This document shows, piece after piece, positions 61,374-64,000 of a stretch of DNA of 64,000 nucleotides (position 1 is its first letter; each line of letters opens with the position of its first letter). The stretch spans positions 457,569-521,568 of the forward strand of contig NW_003314342.1 of NCBI RefSeq assembly GCF_000143415.4, read 5' to 3'. This DNA is from Selaginella moellendorffii (lineage: Eukaryota; Plantae; Lycopodiophyta). The notes under the pieces are model-generated. The model was not told the DNA's origin and searched no databases. It worked only from the letters and a program-made list of their open reading frames with translations. Position numbers and translations under genes: made by a program.

Positions 61374-63906
61374 CCAGGATCTAAAGGTAGGGCAATGCAA
61401 GGCCAAAGATTCCTGTCTAAACCTAGTGTCCACGAAATGAACCCTCACTAAAGGAACCAAGGCAGCATTTTTGTGCTTACTCTCGGTGAAGAGTGACAAA
61501 AAGACAGGAATGAAAGAAGTACCTTTAGTGATCCAACGGGTTGGACCAATTCCAGGATACCATGCCGGAGGAGCTACCGGCGAGGTTGCCCCCCACACAA
61601 CTGATAGAACATAAGATTGAGCTGGTCGAGGGTGTTGAGGCGGTGGTTCGTCCCCCCTATCGTTTGAACGAAAAAGAACTCGAGAAACTCAAGTGCCAAC
61701 TAGAGGAGTTGGTGGACATAGGGTATGTTAGGTTGAGCAAGTCGCCATATAAGGCATCGATGTTATTTGTGAAAAAGAAAGATGGATATATGCGTATGTG
61801 CATAGACTACCGGTTGCTCAAAAAGTATACAAAAAAGAACAAATACCCTTTGCTAAGGATTGAGGACCTGTTTGATAAGTTGGGAAAGGCAAAATACTTC
61901 TCAAGGATTGACCTAAGGTCAGGATACTACCAGATTAGGGCAGCAGAGGAAGATGTCGAGAAGACAATCTATCGAACAAGGTATGGGAACTTTAACTTTT
62001 TGGTGATGCCCTTCGGGCTATGCAATGCACCGGCAATATTTTCGGCATTGATGAACCACATCTTTGTACCCTATCTAGATCATTTTGTGGTCGTCTATAT
62101 TGATGACATCCTGATCTATAGCGAAACGCTAGAGGAGCATGCCGAACACTTGACGAAGGTGTTTGAGAAACTAAGGGAACACCAGCTGTATGCTAAAGAG
62201 AGCAAATGTGATTTTGTTTAACAAGAGGTAAAGTTTCTCAGGCATGTGGTGGGCAAGGATGGGCTCAAAGTGGACCCTGAGAATGTCTAAGCAATCCAAG
62301 ATTGGGAGTGACCATCGAATGTACACGAGTTAAGGGCATTCTTGGGGCTATACAACTACTACCGAAAGTTTATCAAACACTATTCGAGAGTAGCCCTGCC
62401 CTTAACGGACCAAACAGGAAAAGAGAAGATGATATGAACAGCGGAATGCAAGGCAGCATTTGTCTATCTCAAAGGGAAGTTGAGGAAGGCTCCCGTGTTG
62501 GTGTTACCAGACTTTGGTAAGGACTTTGAGGTAGAAACGGATGCTTTAAACTTTGTGTTGGGTGCAGTTTTGAAGCAAAACAACCATCCAGTAGCGTTCT
62601 TCTTGAAGAAGTTGGACAAGGCTCAATGGAAGTGGCCTGCCCACGAGAAAGAATTTTTGCGGTGGTCAAGGGGCTCAAGGAGTGGCGACACTACCTTGGG
62701 AAACACTTCAATGTTTACACGGACAATGTGGCAACGAAACACTTCTTGTCACAGCCCGACCTGAGAGGGAAACAGAGTCGGTGGGCCAATGCTTTGGCCG
62801 AGTTTGATTGCGAGATTCTATAGAAGCCTAGGAAGAGCAACATTGTGGCGGATGCACTAAGTCAAAAAGTGAGCTTGAAGTTGGCGATATGCAACGCAAC
62901 AACAACCTTTTGGGATGATGTGTAGACAGCATATGAGAATGATGGTCTAGCACAAGAAGTGTTGCTGAGGAATCTGGAAGCACAAGAACCTCACTAGAGA
63001 GGTGAGTTGCCAACGAAAGAGAAAACAGGCTATGCAAAACACAATGGACTCATCTATTACAAGCAAACGAGGGTGTATATTCCAGAAGGGGAATTAAGGA
63101 AGGTAGCCTTAGAAAAGTGTCATGATGGACCTTTTGCGGGACACGGCAAAGTGCCCAAGACAATGGGCTTACTCAAAAGAAAGTACCATTGGCCAGATAT
63201 GGCTAAAGACGTCCAAGACTATGTAAAGACATGTCCAACATGTCAGCAGGTCAAGGCCGTAACTAAGGTTAGTGGGGGCTTGTTACAAAGCATCCCAATT
63301 TTAGATCATCCATAGAAATGTCTTACGATGGACTTCATCACGGGACTCCCTCTAAGTGAGGGGTTTGATGCGATATTCGTGGTGGTGGACCAATTTTCGA
63401 AGATGGCATATTTCATACCCACCACAACGGAAGTGGATGCGGAAGGTGTGGCAAAGCTATTCTTCGAACAAGTGATTTGAGTGCGGGGAAGGCCAGAAGA
63501 GATCATCTCAGATCGAGATAAGATCTTCATCAGCAGGTTCTAGAAAACTCTCTTGGAACAGTATCGCACCAAGTTGAAATTTAAAACAGCCTATCACCCA
63601 CAGACAGGTATTGGGTATTAAGTCAAGTTGGATGGCACTAACACTTCTTTACAGATGGACAAACGGAAAAGGTGAATAGGCAGCTGGAGGATTATTTGCA
63701 ATGCTATGTCTCCGGAGACTAGACTGATTGGGTAAGTCATTTGGGACTTGTGGATAACAACTCACCACACTCAAGTATCGGGGTGAGTCCATGGGAAGTC
63801 ATCAATGGGCGAGCTATTGAAGGTCCTGTTGAACTCAGCGTGGCCGAGTATCATGGAGAGTTATCTGCAGTGGAGGCATTCACGGCAGAAAGACTCAACA
63901 TTTGGA

Positions 63907-63962
63907 AGAGGAACCGTTGATTCGCACAATTGGTAATTGCGCTTGGTTGAAAAGCCAGTGGC
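63907..63962 (+). other. Short fragment of nuclear 25S/28S rRNA 3' domain (not a gene)
   Basis: AGAGGAACCGTTGATTCGCACAATTGGTAATTGCGCTTGGTTGAAAAGCCAGTGGC matches plant LSU rRNA as I recall it, with about two mismatches; it begins where homology to copy A ends. Confidence 0.8.
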
Positions 63963-64000
63963 AGCCGGAGAATGCCGCTGCAATGATCCGTGCAGCGACG

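Larger units (their letters stand above)
50290..63906 (+). mobile_element. Ty3/gypsy LTR retrotransposon, copy B (same family as A), with nested TRIM and LARD; 3' end not seen
   Basis: 5' LTR 50290-50351 plus 51026-52096; PBS TAGTATCAGAGC at 52100-52111 (tRNA-iMet type); gag 52156 onward; protease ILIDTGASDNF (~53470); RT 61541-62221 (YIDDILIYS); RNase H; integrase to ~63906. Collinear with the reverse complement of copy A. Confidence 0.93.

Noticed and set aside
62995-62997. Programmed stop-codon readthrough between RNase H and integrase
   Set aside because: Other shared and private stops occur in both copies and CAG-to-TAG deamination explains it; nothing specifically supports recoding.

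Overview
Plant nuclear DNA. Very short introns (~45-90 nt), ~100-bp intergenic gaps and the PLS-PPR style suggest a Selaginella-like lycophyte (inference). Bases 1-22.1 kb are a compact gene island: GNAT acetyltransferase, ZFPL1-like zinc-finger protein, endosulfine/ARPP19, PICKLE/CHD3, tRNA-Gln(TTG), two paralogous orphan secreted ~130-aa proteins flanking an intronless PLS-E PPR gene, FAP2-like CHI-fold protein, organellar gyrA and prefoldin 1 (7-nt microexon). Bases 22.1-64 kb are a nest of transposons whose boundaries can largely be read from TSDs: two copies (A, B) of a chromodomain Ty3/gypsy family, several copies of a non-coding LARD-like LTR element sharing cis-signals with it, a TRIM, Cassandra-like (5S-core) elements and a 6.2-kb Mutator-like DNA transposon. 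Highlights: (1) the MULE carries, divergent from its transposase, a decayed spliced gene with beta-class N4C/N6A DNA amino-methyltransferase motifs; (2) both gypsy copies keep the same 47-nt GT-AG intron in the integrase HPQTDGQTE motif; (3) a PPR-gene fragment and a 25S rRNA fragment sit in sense orientation inside gypsy copies; (4) the orphan secreted-protein pair. All calls were made by eye; exon coordinates are approximate and three 100-N gaps are present.
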